Shown: piece by piece, positions 16,426 through 26,246 of the stretch
Position numbering within the stretch: the stretch's first letter is position 1
Layout of the letters: each line of letters opens with the position of its first letter
NCBI GenBank assembly: GCA_030613785.1
Contig: JAUWLF010000009.1
Span: forward strand, 5,624 to 69,623
Length of the DNA: 64,000 bases
Direction of reading: 5' to 3'
DNA from: Chloroflexota bacterium
Lineage (GTDB): Bacteria; Chloroflexota; Anaerolineae; UBA7937; B3-Chlor
The notes under the pieces: model-generated
Told to the model about the DNA's origin: nothing
Seen by the model: the letters and a program-made list of their open reading frames with translations, nothing else
Database searches by the model: none
Made by a program: the position numbers and the translations under genes

Positions 16426-17901
16426 CTACCGCGCAGTCAACTCCGGGAGCTGGTCCAGCCCTGCGGCCTTGGCATGCCGGGTAGCGATGGCCTCCAGCTC
16501 CCGCACCACATCGTTGGCCAGCGGCAACGCCTCGTAAGCCTCGATCAGTTCCTCGACCCGGTGATGCGCGCGGGCGTTGACGTCCAGCGCCCCCTTGCCG
16601 AGCCAGGTCTGGCGATAGTCCCGGTCGATCACCTCCGAGGGCATGTAGTCTTCAGTGCGGAAGTGACGGACGGTGTGCTTGGTGCCCAGGAAGCTGCCCT
16701 TGTGTCCCACCTCGCGCATCACATCCAGCGCCAGTGGCTCGTCCGAGTCATCCACGCCGCGCACCAGCCGCTTGGCCATGCCCACGATTTCGGCGTCGAT
16801 CACCAGCTTCTCGAGGCTGAAACAGCTCTCAAAGTTCATCATGCCTGGCCCCGACATCATGTTGATCCCTGCTAGCGCACCGAGGATGGCCCCGGACGCC
16901 GACTCCAGGCCCGCCTGGGCGTCCACAATCTTGGTGTCGCTCATACAGAGGTATGCATGGGTGGGCAGGCCGCCCGGCTTGATCATCTTGCCGATCTGAG
17001 AGTAGGTGCAGTCGAGCATCATCGTCCCCATGGCGCCCATGGGCGGTGCACCCGTGCGCATGTCGAAGGCGGACGGAGAGCCGCCCCAGACGATGGGGCT
17101 CCCTGGATGGGCCAGTTGGTGGATGGTGAGGCCACTCAGGCACTCGGCGGCGTGCTGCACGGCCGCGCCGATGATTGTGGCGGGACCGGTTGCACCCATC
17201 AGGGGCATGGAGACCAACTGAGCGGGCACCTGGGCGCGGGCGGCGTCCATCAGATTAGCGCACGTGATGTCGCTCCACATCAGGGGTGGTGATGGACAGA
17301 CGTCGAAGATGGCGCGGGGTCTCTCCGCCAGGGCTTCCGCGCTCCCCGCCACGGCCACCAAAAGTTCGTGCATAATGGCGAAGCTCTCGATGGCAAAGGT
17401 GCCGGTGACGATGGGTTTCCGGGCGTAGAGCAGCACCAGATATAGGCGGTACCAGTCGCCCATGCTCTTGGGCACGTCGCCGCAGACGATGGATGTGGCC
17501 ACGGCGTCGATCTGGGGCAGCATCTCCGCCAGCCGGACGAAGTTCTCGCCATCGGCGGTGACCGGCACACGCGCCTCGTTAGCCCCATAGTCGGCGATTT
17601 CGATGGCCGCCGAACCGGGATCGAAATGCACGTCATCGCCGCCATAGTGGACGACTGGCTCTCCATCAAGGTTGTAGAGATAGAACGAGTTGGGCGCGCT
17701 CTCCACCGCGCTTTCGGCCAAAGGCCGGGGGATCTTGGCGACGCGCGATTCCATATCCACGGTGGCACCGGCGTCGGCCAACAGCTCCAACGCCTCATCG
17801 TAGTGGATGCGCACCCCGGGGTCGACCAATAGATCGTAGGCCTCGTCGAGCGCCCGATCGACTGTCTCGCGCGATAGGAACTCCAGCTTGGGTCGTATCA
17901 T
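16426..17901 (-). CDS. MttB-superfamily methyltransferase (trimethylamine/glycine-betaine type, no in-frame UAG)
   Basis: The start was moved to MIRPKLEFLSRETVDRALDEAYDLL (SD GAAGGAGGAG) because promoter 17924..17952 lies inside the longer ORF. It gives 491 aa, a typical MttB length, and the frame is uninterrupted. Confidence 0.75.
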   Translation of the reverse strand: MIRPKLEFLSRETVDRALDEAYDLLVDPGVRIHYDEALELLADAGATVDMESRVAKIPRPLAESAVESAPNSFYLYNLDGEPVVHYGGDDVHFDPGSAAIEIADYGANEARVPVTADGENFVRLAEMLPQIDAVATSIVCGDVPKSMGDWYRLYLVLLYARKPIVTGTFAIESFAIMHELLVAVAGSAEALAERPRAIFDVCPSPPLMWSDITCANLMDAARAQVPAQLVSMPLMGATGPATIIGAAVQHAAECLSGLTIHQLAHPGSPIVWGGSPSAFDMRTGAPPMGAMGTMMLDCTYSQIGKMIKPGGLPTHAYLCMSDTKIVDAQAGLESASGAILGALAGINMMSGPGMMNFESCFSLEKLVIDAEIVGMAKRLVRGVDDSDEPLALDVMREVGHKGSFLGTKHTVRHFRTEDYMPSEVIDRDYRQTWLGKGALDVNARAHHRVEELIEAYEALPLANDVVRELEAIATRHAKAAGLDQLPELTAR

Positions 17902-17923
17902 GTCTCCTCCTTCAACGAGTCCT

Positions 17924-17952
17924 ACGATAGCACGACGCGCCTGATTTGTCAA
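17924..17952 (-). promoter_or_regulatory. sigma70-type promoter TTGACA-17-TATCGT
   Basis: Minus strand reads TTGACAAATCAGGCGCGTCGTGCTATCGT, with a very short leader of about 15-20 nt. Confidence 0.7.
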
Positions 17953-18350
17953 CGAAGCGCCCAAGAGCACCTTCAACCGGTCCACGGAATGTCGCTCTGC
18001 CCAACCGACCACAAGCGCTGCCGGAGATGCTCCGCTGTACTTCCTCGGGCGTAGACCCATTCCGCCTCAGATGACTGCGGCCGCTGGCACTTGCACCTGC
18101 AAGGCCGCAGTCAGGGAAGAGATAGGGTCGACAGGACCGAGAACTGAGCTGCCTACCTAACCGCTTGTGTTGCGTGAGACCCAATCCTATGGCTTCGTGC
18201 TTCTTGGCCGCACCGAAAACTCCAGACCCGCCATCCTGAGTAATCGCGGAACGTAGTGGAGCAGCGTATCGAAGGATGTTCCCTTCGACACAGTGTCCGA
18301 CCAGGCAGGCATCCCCTTGAGGCAACCCTGCGCACAGCCTCGAGTCAACC

Positions 18351-19634
18351 TCACCCCTCGTCCCTCTGCACCTCAAAGGCGCCGATGTCGCACGGAGTGC
18401 CGTCGGAAGTCAACTCAATTGGCCGGGCGTTCCCCCGCTGGTCGGTGGTGACGGTGCAACTGATCACGGAGACGGCGTCAATCGCCGGGCTGCCCGGGAG
18501 CAGGGTATGGGTCAGGGTATCGCCGCCGTTGTCGGCCAGGGGAGCCAATCGCGCATCGCCCGAGAGGGCAGGGCTGCAACTCCCGTCCTCGACCAGGTTG
18601 TTGGCGTTTGTCCCGAGGGTGCTGTCGTCGGCCAGCATGCAGTCATCACAGCAGTACTCCCGGCCATCGGTGTTGTCGGCGATGATGGTGTTGGTGAGGT
18701 CCAGCCACCCGCGGATGAGACCCCTCTCACCGCTGCCTTCGACGTAGACACCACCCCCGGTGCCGGCAGCATGGTTGCCGGCGACAGTGCTGTTGATCAA
18801 CTGCGCCGCCCCCTTGACGTACATTCCGCCACCGTTACCTCCTGTGGCGCTATTGCCGCTGACGGTGCTGTTGATGAGCTCCAACGTGCTCTTGCAGGCC
18901 ACAAAGATGCCGCCCCCTCTATCTCCGCAGGCGTTCCCGGTCACGGTGCTGTTGATCAGTGTTAGCCTCCCTGTGAGACTCTTGATACCCCCACCAGTAT
19001 TGCATTCCCTGAAAGCGCTGTCGGCGGTACCGGCGGCGTTGTCGCTCACCGTGCTGTTGATGAGCGTCAGTGTGCCATCACTGTGAATCCCACCGCCGGC
19101 AGTGGAGTCGTTGTCGCTGACAGTACACTGTTCTAGCGTCAGCGTACCCTCGTTCAGGATCCCGCCACCGGTTCTGGGACTTTCCGTGGGATTGCCGTAC
19201 CGAATCGTCAGACCGCCCATGGTTACTGTGGCCTCACTGGTGATGAAGAACACCCGGTCGCTCGCGCTGCCGGCCTCTGCGTGAGCCTGCACAATAGTGC
19301 CCCCGGGCGCCTGGCCCAGGATGGTGACGCTCTTCTCCACAGTGATGCCCTGCTCGGTGTGCACAGCGTCCATGACAGCGATGATCTCACCATCCGTGGT
19401 GCCGGCGTCGTCTATCGCCGCTTGAATGGTGGTGAAGTCGCAGCCGCTGGCGCACACGCTGAGGGCGGGTACCAGAGTAGGCGTAGGTTCGGCCGTGGGG
19501 CTGGGTTCAGGAGTGGCCGTGGGCGAGGCTATCGCCGTCGGCGCTGGCTGCGGCGTTGCGCACCCCGCAATCACCAATACCACTCCCAGGATGACCAAGA
19601 CGTTTCTCAACACTCTCCCCAAGGAGCCAAACAT
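18351..19634 (-). CDS. Secreted lipoprotein with parallel beta-helix repeats and a choice-of-anchor-Q-like C-terminus
   Basis: Lipobox VLVIAGC. A Pro/Thr linker is followed by repeated [11 protein letters not shown] units. The C-terminus reads [22 protein letters not shown]...DQRGNARP...CDIGAFE. Confidence 0.7.
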   Translation of the reverse strand: MFGSLGRVLRNVLVILGVVLVIAGCATPQPAPTAIASPTATPEPSPTAEPTPTLVPALSVCASGCDFTTIQAAIDDAGTTDGEIIAVMDAVHTEQGITVEKSVTILGQAPGGTIVQAHAEAGSASDRVFFITSEATVTMGGLTIRYGNPTESPRTGGGILNEGTLTLEQCTVSDNDSTAGGGIHSDGTLTLINSTVSDNAAGTADSAFRECNTGGGIKSLTGRLTLINSTVTGNACGDRGGGIFVACKSTLELINSTVSGNSATGGNGGGMYVKGAAQLINSTVAGNHAAGTGGGVYVEGSGERGLIRGWLDLTNTIIADNTDGREYCCDDCMLADDSTLGTNANNLVEDGSCSPALSGDARLAPLADNGGDTLTHTLLPGSPAIDAVSVISCTVTTDQRGNARPIELTSDGTPCDIGAFEVQRDEG

Positions 19635-19679
19635 GGCCTTCTCCTTCCCGGCTGCGGCGGCTGTGTCAACAAAGCGGTC

Positions 19680-21218
19680 CTATCTCTCGTAGACCCACTC
19701 CTCGAATAGTGGGGTCAGGTCGCACTGGCAGTGACGCTCCGCAAGCTCCTTGAACGCCTCTCCCGTGCCGATGCCCCACTGGTAGGTCTGGTAGTAGTCC
19801 CGCAGGAATTCGTCGAATGTGGCCTGACCCATTTCCTCGGCCAGAGTCTCTACGAAGAGGGGCCCACGGCCGTAGACAATCGCACCGTACTGCCCGTCCT
19901 CGTACGCTCCCACGGGCAGACCGATGGGGGTCTCGGCCATGTCAACACGGTCCCAGCGACCGACCCACGAGTCACGGTATCCCTGCGCAGCACCCGCTCC
20001 GTCGGTATCCAGATAGTACAGCTTCACCACGTACTGCACCACGGCCTCATCCAGCCAGGGCTCGTCCACCTGATCGTTCCCCACGACGTTGTAGAACCAC
20101 TGATGGGCAACCTCGTGGGCTACAGCCGACTCGAGGATGATCGGCGATGGCAGCCCCAGGATCTCCGCGTTCGGGTCGAACAGATCCAGGGATATACCCG
20201 TCAGGCCCGGATACTCGATGCCCAGCGCCCGCATCGGCGTGCTCACTACGTCGAATTCGGTGTACGGGTACACGCCAAACCGGTCGTTGTAGCTCTCCAG
20301 AGCGTCCACCGCAAACTGCAAAGCCAGCTCGGCTCCGTCTCTCCGCTCGGCAAAGGTGTGGCTGTTGACCGTCGTCTCCCCCACCGTTTCGCTGACCGTC
20401 ACGTATTGGTCACTGGCAGCGAGATAGAAATCGCGCGCGGGGCCAGCGGCGAAGGTCAGCGTCTGCTTCCCGTTCTCTAGTTCGCGCCCGACCTCAACCC
20501 CCGAGGCGACTACAGTGAGCTCGGCAGGCGCAGTCACGCGCAACAGATAGAAGCTGGCGTCGAAGTGAGTCACATCTCCGGTGGGAGGCGGAACCTCCAC
20601 GTTCCATCCCTCTTCGTCGTAGACCGGGATCACCGGATAGAACTCGTCCAGCACTAACACTTCATCGAAGTAACCAAACAATCCGTAGTTCCCGCCCATC
20701 TCCGTGGGCACTTCCACGGTGAAGTTCATCTGGATGGTGATCTGCTCGCCAGGATCCAATGGATCCGGCAAGGGAACCCGCACAGCACTGTTCTCCAGTT
20801 CATAGACCGGCTCCACATCCTCCCCATCCACCTTCACCCCAGACACCGAGGCCGCTCCTCCGGCCAGGTTCGGAAACAAGCGGAAGTAGACTTCGTCAAG
20901 AGCTGCATCCTCTTGATTGGTGTAGCGGGCCTCTTCCCGACCTGACAGGGTGAGGAAATCGTCGGCGATCTCAAGGTCGATGTGGTAGACGGTCGCCCCC
21001 GGCAAGTCATCTAGTACCGCTTGCTCCCCCTGGATCAGTCCTTGACGGAACACAGCGCGGTTTTCCCAGTCTATGTCAGACCCAGTAGATGCGCTGCGCG
21101 TGGGGAGTGGGGTCCAGGATGAAGAAGGAGTGGTCTCCTCTGGCGCTATTGGCGTTGACGCGCTGCACGCCGCCAACGCCAGTGTGGCCAAGACTAGAAC
21201 AGCTGACAACCTCTTCAT
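19680..21218 (-). CDS. M1-family zinc metallopeptidase lipoprotein
   Basis: HEVAHQWFYNVVGND...WLDEA (HExxH-18-E). Signal plus lipobox LALAAC. The ATG at 21218 is preferred for its SD spacing. Confidence 0.75.
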   Translation of the reverse strand: MKRLSAVLVLATLALAACSASTPIAPEETTPSSSWTPLPTRSASTGSDIDWENRAVFRQGLIQGEQAVLDDLPGATVYHIDLEIADDFLTLSGREEARYTNQEDAALDEVYFRLFPNLAGGAASVSGVKVDGEDVEPVYELENSAVRVPLPDPLDPGEQITIQMNFTVEVPTEMGGNYGLFGYFDEVLVLDEFYPVIPVYDEEGWNVEVPPPTGDVTHFDASFYLLRVTAPAELTVVASGVEVGRELENGKQTLTFAAGPARDFYLAASDQYVTVSETVGETTVNSHTFAERRDGAELALQFAVDALESYNDRFGVYPYTEFDVVSTPMRALGIEYPGLTGISLDLFDPNAEILGLPSPIILESAVAHEVAHQWFYNVVGNDQVDEPWLDEAVVQYVVKLYYLDTDGAGAAQGYRDSWVGRWDRVDMAETPIGLPVGAYEDGQYGAIVYGRGPLFVETLAEEMGQATFDEFLRDYYQTYQWGIGTGEAFKELAERHCQCDLTPLFEEWVYER

Positions 21219-21501
21219 GATCATCTCCTGGTATTGCCTGGTGATGCAAGGGAGCCTGTCTCATTGGGAACGGCGCCCTTTTCCTGCTTGAGAAGCCTTG
21301 TCTGCCCGCGTCGGAAGTGGAGCAGTGATGCCGCGCCCCATTCCGTACACCAGCGACGGCCGCATGAGGTTCACGCATCCAGGACGCTCGGCGACCGCCC
21401 GCGGTCAGACCCCACTTTCCATTAGTCTGACAGCCCGGATACGTCAGCGAGCCTGCGCTCAAGGGCTCGACTCCCTCCTCGTGGCTACCCGTAGAAACAC
21501 G

Positions 21502-21532
21502 AAGACTCGCCCCCACATGCGAGGCGAGCCTT
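21502..21532 (-). promoter_or_regulatory. Leader hairpin, copy G
   Basis: AAGGCUCGCC-UCGCAUGUGGG-GGCGAGUCUU (10 bp, one G-U), then CGUGUUUCUAC. It lies 278 nt upstream of the M1 peptidase start. Confidence 0.5.
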
Positions 21533-21602
21533 TTCAGGACGAACGCACCGAAGCCTTTCGCGCCCCACAATCGCACCCAGGCGGCCGCCGGGTGCTGGCG
21601 AT

Positions 21603-21941
21603 CTACCTATCGCCAGGTCCCGTCACGTAGTCATAGGCCTCGCGGGCAAACCGACCGTACGCGGATGAGTGAGCGACAAGGATGTGCACCCACTCCCTCA
21701 TGGCATGTCCCTTACCCCTGGGGTCCCAGAGATGGGCACCTTCCATTTGCAAAGCCTCAGCGTGGGCCTCTCCCGTCAGTTTGAACGCCACGTCCCCCTC
21801 AAATAGCACTGCTATGACCTTGCCGTCGGCTTTCAAGCAGTGCTTCCCGAACATCTTGGCTCTGACAATGTTGGGTTGGCCGCCGAACTCGGCCAGCACT
21901 TCATCAAGCTTGTCCGTGTCACTCACTGGCGCTCTACCCAT
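21603..21941 (-). CDS. TfoX N-terminal-domain-like small protein
   Basis: MFGKHCLKADGKVIAVLFEGDVAFKL fits the TfoX_N pattern. Its ATG overlaps the upstream stop as TGATG. Confidence 0.5.
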   Translation of the reverse strand: MGRAPVSDTDKLDEVLAEFGGQPNIVRAKMFGKHCLKADGKVIAVLFEGDVAFKLTGEAHAEALQMEGAHLWDPRGKGHAMREWVHILVAHSSAYGRFAREAYDYVTGPGDR

Positions 21942-22714
21942 CAAGCGCCCAGCCGCAGGAGGTCTTCGAGTTCTATCGTGGCCAGATCCTCAGTGACGAT
22001 GTCTGCCCCTACCTTTTCCAGCGCGCTCTTCTCCCCAATCCGCAACACTCCCACGACATAGTAGCCCAGAGACTTGGCAGCCGCCGTGCCCGAGGGGGCG
22101 TCCTCAAAGACGAAGAATCTCTCCATCTTGCCCTGCGGGAGTGCCAGCAACCCCTCTGCTGCGAATCTCAGTATCTGCTCCTTGCCACCGACATCAACAC
22201 CACAGGCATCGAAATCAAACGCGGAATAGAGACTGTCTCCCTCCCCGAGAGCACCGGAATCGTCGCCAACTTCCCTCAGCACACGAGACCTGGGGGTATT
22301 CCTCAGCATCGTGCTCGCGTTCTTCGACGCTGAAGCCGCCGCCTGGAGGATGCCTGCACGCCTCGCTTTGAGAAGCAAGGCAACGGCATCGGTGAACAAC
22401 TTGAACTCCCCCCGCTGAATGAGGTCCTTGATCAGAGCGTCTTTCTCCGCGGCGTACTCTTCCATGAGCTTCTTCTTCTCTTCCTCGCTCGTGGCGCCAA
22501 GACGCTCGTAGACGCCCAGCAATTCCAAGATGTTGTGGGCGCCCTCGTACCTGGGCCGAGACGCCACCTGGGTGAAGTAGAAGTCGGAAGTCAGCCCGTC
22601 TGCGTTCCACGGCTCCTTCATCACCGTGAGGCGCCACGCCTCTTCGTGAGGGCTGTCTATCACCACGCCATCAATGTCCCATATGAACCCCGCCCTGCTT
22701 GCCATCGCCATCAC
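21941..22714 (-). CDS. pgmB: HAD-superfamily hydrolase, beta-phosphoglucomutase-like
   Basis: FIWDIDGVVIDS (DxDG motif I). It overlaps the stop of the GH65 phosphorylase gene, the classical partner. Confidence 0.6.
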   Translation of the reverse strand: MMAMASRAGFIWDIDGVVIDSPHEEAWRLTVMKEPWNADGLTSDFYFTQVASRPRYEGAHNILELLGVYERLGATSEEEKKKLMEEYAAEKDALIKDLIQRGEFKLFTDAVALLLKARRAGILQAAASASKNASTMLRNTPRSRVLREVGDDSGALGEGDSLYSAFDFDACGVDVGGKEQILRFAAEGLLALPQGKMERFFVFEDAPSGTAAAKSLGYYVVGVLRIGEKSALEKVGADIVTEDLATIELEDLLRLGA

Positions 22715-25026
22715 CTCTTCGCCGTCACGGTCTGTCCCGGCTCCAAGACCTTTCTCTGGCCACGGATTTCTATGTCCACTGGTTTTCGGCCTTTCACCAT
22801 GGAAGCCTCTGCCTGACCATCGGAGATGGTGAACTCAATCTGCCTACCTCTGAACCAGGTTCGGAATCTCATGCTTTGCCATGACTCATACAGAACTGGA
22901 TTGATGATGAGCACCTCATCTTTCACCCTCAGCCCTGCGAAGCCATGGATCACAATCTGCCAGGCTCCGCCCAATTCTGCTGCATGCACCCCACGTTCAG
23001 TGTTGCGGTGTATGTTTTCCAAGTCAGTCTCAGTGGTGTGGTGCAGGTACCTATATGCTTTCTCGCCGTAGCCAAGTTCATTGGCAAGTATCGCGTACGG
23101 AGTGATACTCAGGGAAGACATGTGGGTGGTCCTTGGTTCATAGTATTCGAAGTTCACTCTCTTTGTGTCGAGGGAGAATTCATCTGACAGGAGATACAGC
23201 AGCAGAACCACGTCCCCCTGTTTTATCAGTTGAGTCTCTTTGACATCGGCCAAGGCCACCTCGGTAGGCCAAACGGGCATGCCATGCTCATCCTGTCCAC
23301 GTATGATGATGTTCTTTCTCTGAAAGTAACCTTCAAACTCCTCTATCAGCCCATCGGGCCCGATGAGAAACACCAGCCCTTCGGCTATCTCTCTCCAGGT
23401 GTCAACCTCTTCGACTGTCAGGCCTATCCTTTCGGCAACGGCCTGACCCTCCTGAGAATGCGTCTTCTTCTGCAGGCGGTCAAAAAGCCCGGCTGCATAT
23501 CTCAACATCCATCTCGCCAAAGCGTTCGTGTATGAGTTGTTGTCCACACACACCTGAAACTCATTCGGACCGATCACTTCTCTGATCTCATAAGATCTGC
23601 TCTTCTCATCTGGGACTACACGTGATGCCCAGAACCTGGCGGTTTCGAATACCATCTCAGCGCCGTAGTGAAGCATGAAGTCTTCGTCTCCAGTTGCCTG
23701 GTAGTAGCGGTAGATGGCATAGATTACGTCGCTAGCGATATGGTGCTCTCTCTTGGAGTTGTAGACTGGCAAGACCGTGCCATCGAAGTTGACCCAGGAT
23801 TCTGGCGTCTCGTCCTCGCCGCTCTCAGCCGATTCCCAAGGCCATAACGCCCCTTTGTAGTTCTGGTTGAGGGCACAGTTCTTGGCCTGCTGCAACCGAC
23901 GATATCTGTACATCAGAAAGGCTTTGGCAAGTTGGGGCTGCGTGTGGATAAAGAAGGGGAGCATATAGATCTCGGTATCCCAGAAGACATGCCCCTGATA
24001 CCACTCGCCCGATAGAGCCTTGGCAGGGATACTCACATCTATGTCCCGTGGGGGCGCAATTGCCAGCAGGTGATAAATGTCAAAACGAAGCGCTTTCTGG
24101 AGAGGCCAATCGCCATCTATCTCAATATCGGAAGATTCCCACCTCCTCTCCCAGGCCGTGACGTGATCCCGCAGCAGGCGTGACACTCCTCGATCCCTCG
24201 CCGCTTCAATACTGTCAAGGCAAGCGGTTCTTATTTCGCTCTCAGTCTCACGAGAGGTGTATATCGAGATGTACCCCTCGAAGTCGTATCTCACTCCCTT
24301 TTTCGCGCTGAAGGAGGATTCGCTTGCAATGGAGTGTTCATCTATATGAGATCTTGTCTCTAGATCGGATGTGTGCTGTGCGCTCTTCATGCCGCCAGCG
24401 GTGGCGATTCCAATCACCTGCCCGAGGTCGTTGGTCTTAGCCTCTAGATATGATACGCCATCGCCAAGGTCCAAGGCCTGAGTAACGGCGTAGTGCTTTC
24501 TTGGCCCACCTACAGCGTGCATGCCGTTGTGCACCGTTCCATCTATGCTGCATCTCACAACTACCTCGGCGTCACTGTCGAGGGCCTTAAGCGAGAAGCT
24601 GACAGCGCCTAGGTGCATGTTTTTGAGGCTGAAGAAGCGTCTAGATTGATACTCATATCTTCTATCACCCATCGCGAAGATAGTACGTCTAAGGAGCACT
24701 GCTCTCTTCATGTCCAGTATTCTGCGATGTTCGACAACCTCCATCTCGTCCATGCACAGTTTCTTACCATCCACATAGATTTCCGCGAGCAGAGGATTCG
24801 GGATATTGACGATGGCGAACGACTGCCCTCCGCTCTTGTCATATATGCCGGCAATGTAGGTGCCAGCGTATCCCTCTTCATAGCCTTCTTCCAGAATGCC
24901 CCTAGACCCCAGGTACCCATTTCCAAGAGTCAAAATCGCCTCTTGAAATCGCATTTTGTCCTTGTCAATTTCGTACTCAGATATTGTCCACTCCTCACCG
25001 GATAGTCCTCGTTGAAACCTGCTCAT
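22711..25026 (-). CDS. Glycoside hydrolase family 65 disaccharide phosphorylase (maltose/trehalose/kojibiose type)
   Basis: 771 aa. The length and motifs such as GHVFWDTEIYMLPFF and LWPWESA are typical of GH65. Confidence 0.8.
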   Translation of the reverse strand: MSRFQRGLSGEEWTISEYEIDKDKMRFQEAILTLGNGYLGSRGILEEGYEEGYAGTYIAGIYDKSGGQSFAIVNIPNPLLAEIYVDGKKLCMDEMEVVEHRRILDMKRAVLLRRTIFAMGDRRYEYQSRRFFSLKNMHLGAVSFSLKALDSDAEVVVRCSIDGTVHNGMHAVGGPRKHYAVTQALDLGDGVSYLEAKTNDLGQVIGIATAGGMKSAQHTSDLETRSHIDEHSIASESSFSAKKGVRYDFEGYISIYTSRETESEIRTACLDSIEAARDRGVSRLLRDHVTAWERRWESSDIEIDGDWPLQKALRFDIYHLLAIAPPRDIDVSIPAKALSGEWYQGHVFWDTEIYMLPFFIHTQPQLAKAFLMYRYRRLQQAKNCALNQNYKGALWPWESAESGEDETPESWVNFDGTVLPVYNSKREHHIASDVIYAIYRYYQATGDEDFMLHYGAEMVFETARFWASRVVPDEKSRSYEIREVIGPNEFQVCVDNNSYTNALARWMLRYAAGLFDRLQKKTHSQEGQAVAERIGLTVEEVDTWREIAEGLVFLIGPDGLIEEFEGYFQRKNIIIRGQDEHGMPVWPTEVALADVKETQLIKQGDVVLLLYLLSDEFSLDTKRVNFEYYEPRTTHMSSLSITPYAILANELGYGEKAYRYLHHTTETDLENIHRNTERGVHAAELGGAWQIVIHGFAGLRVKDEVLIINPVLYESWQSMRFRTWFRGRQIEFTISDGQAEASMVKGRKPVDIEIRGQRKVLEPGQTVTAKR

Positions 25027-26099
25027 CGGCTGTACCTCTTGTCTGCTCCTTCAATGCCCAGTATCCCCTCATAAGCACGTTCGTAGCCATCAACCATGGT
25101 CTGGGCTGTGAACATCTTCTCCACGCGGTCACGACATCTCCGCGGGTCGATCTCGCCAACGTGCTTCACAGCCTCCACGAACTCGCCCATTGTCTCCACC
25201 ACAAAGCCTGTTGCTCCGTGGGCCACAATCTCTGGCGCCGCCCCTCGATGGAAGGTTACCACCGGAGTGCCGCAGGCCATAGCTTCGGCCATCGTGATTC
25301 CGAACGGTTCCTCCCACTGTATGGGATAGAGGTACCCCTTAGCCTTGGAGAAAAGCCGCATCTTCTCCTCGCTCCAGTGCCCAAGTTCGCCTACGAATTG
25401 TATATCGCTGCTCAGATAGGGGATTATGTACCGGTCGAAGTAGCTACGCTCCGCTTCCTCATGTACTTTGCCAGCCAATACCAGTTTCACTCCCAGCTCC
25501 TGTGCCACCTGACAGGCCAAGTGAGGCGCCTTTTCTTCGTTGAACCGACCGATGTAGAAGAAGAAATCCTCTTTCTCATCGGAATAGGGGTACTTGTCCA
25601 GAAGCACGCCATTGTACACGGTGCCCACGTAATTCAAGCCTGGAAGGCAGGTTTGTTGAAAATCGCTTATGGTGACGAAGTGCATCTTCTCGTAGCCCCT
25701 GAAGAGGCTATAGAACCGCTCATTCTCCTCGTCGAAGGGGCCGTGCACCGTGTGCACGACAGGCTTGTCTATGAATGCAGCCGCAAGAAGACCTTCCTTC
25801 CAGGTGTGGTCGTGGATGATATCGATGTCGTCATGAGGTATCTCTTCGTAACACGCCAATGCGTGCGTCAGAGCGATGTTCAGAAAACTGGATGGCGGAG
25901 CATCCAAGTAGGACTTCATCTCATCATCGAAAATCGTATGCAATGACGCCCTCGTTGATGAGCTACCCACCGCACAGAGGGTGACCTCATGACCATTGTC
26001 AATAAGGCCCTCCACCAGTAGATGAATGACGACCTCGATGCCACCATATCCCTCAGGCGGTATCTTGAACCACGGCGGCGCGATCATCGCAACTCTCAT
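25023..26099 (-). CDS. GT4-family glycosyltransferase
   Basis: MRVAMIAPPWFKIPPEGYGGIE and EPFGITMAEAMACGTPVV (E-x7-E region). Confidence 0.75.
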   Translation of the reverse strand: MRVAMIAPPWFKIPPEGYGGIEVVIHLLVEGLIDNGHEVTLCAVGSSSTRASLHTIFDDEMKSYLDAPPSSFLNIALTHALACYEEIPHDDIDIIHDHTWKEGLLAAAFIDKPVVHTVHGPFDEENERFYSLFRGYEKMHFVTISDFQQTCLPGLNYVGTVYNGVLLDKYPYSDEKEDFFFYIGRFNEEKAPHLACQVAQELGVKLVLAGKVHEEAERSYFDRYIIPYLSSDIQFVGELGHWSEEKMRLFSKAKGYLYPIQWEEPFGITMAEAMACGTPVVTFHRGAAPEIVAHGATGFVVETMGEFVEAVKHVGEIDPRRCRDRVEKMFTAQTMVDGYERAYEGILGIEGADKRYSR

Positions 26100-26246
26100 T
26101 TTGCACCTCTCTAGTGCCTGCGGCTGTACATTGGGTGTTACCGGAACAGACTAATGGGTTCAGCACACCACCCGCGTCACGCCGTACGGGTCTCTCTTCT
26201 GGGGGCGAAGTTGTGCTCTACGCTGCCTCCCGGATGATGCCTGCAC

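Noticed and set aside
16426-18060. Extended ORF-track starts for MttB (18060), the radical SAM gene (56509), the Fe-S protein (12147), MntA (16145), RdhA (34230) and Rrf2 (28808)
   Set aside because: Each extension runs through a canonical promoter, a leader hairpin or the preceding gene. An internal Met with a strong SD gives a protein of the expected family length.
17953-18350. 400-nt gap between the beta-helix lipoprotein gene and the mttB promoter, examined for an sRNA, riboswitch or terminator
   Set aside because: Only an 8-bp inverted repeat (CTGCGGCC...GGCCGCAG) with a 20-nt loop and no U-tract was found. There are no conserved motifs and no promoter.
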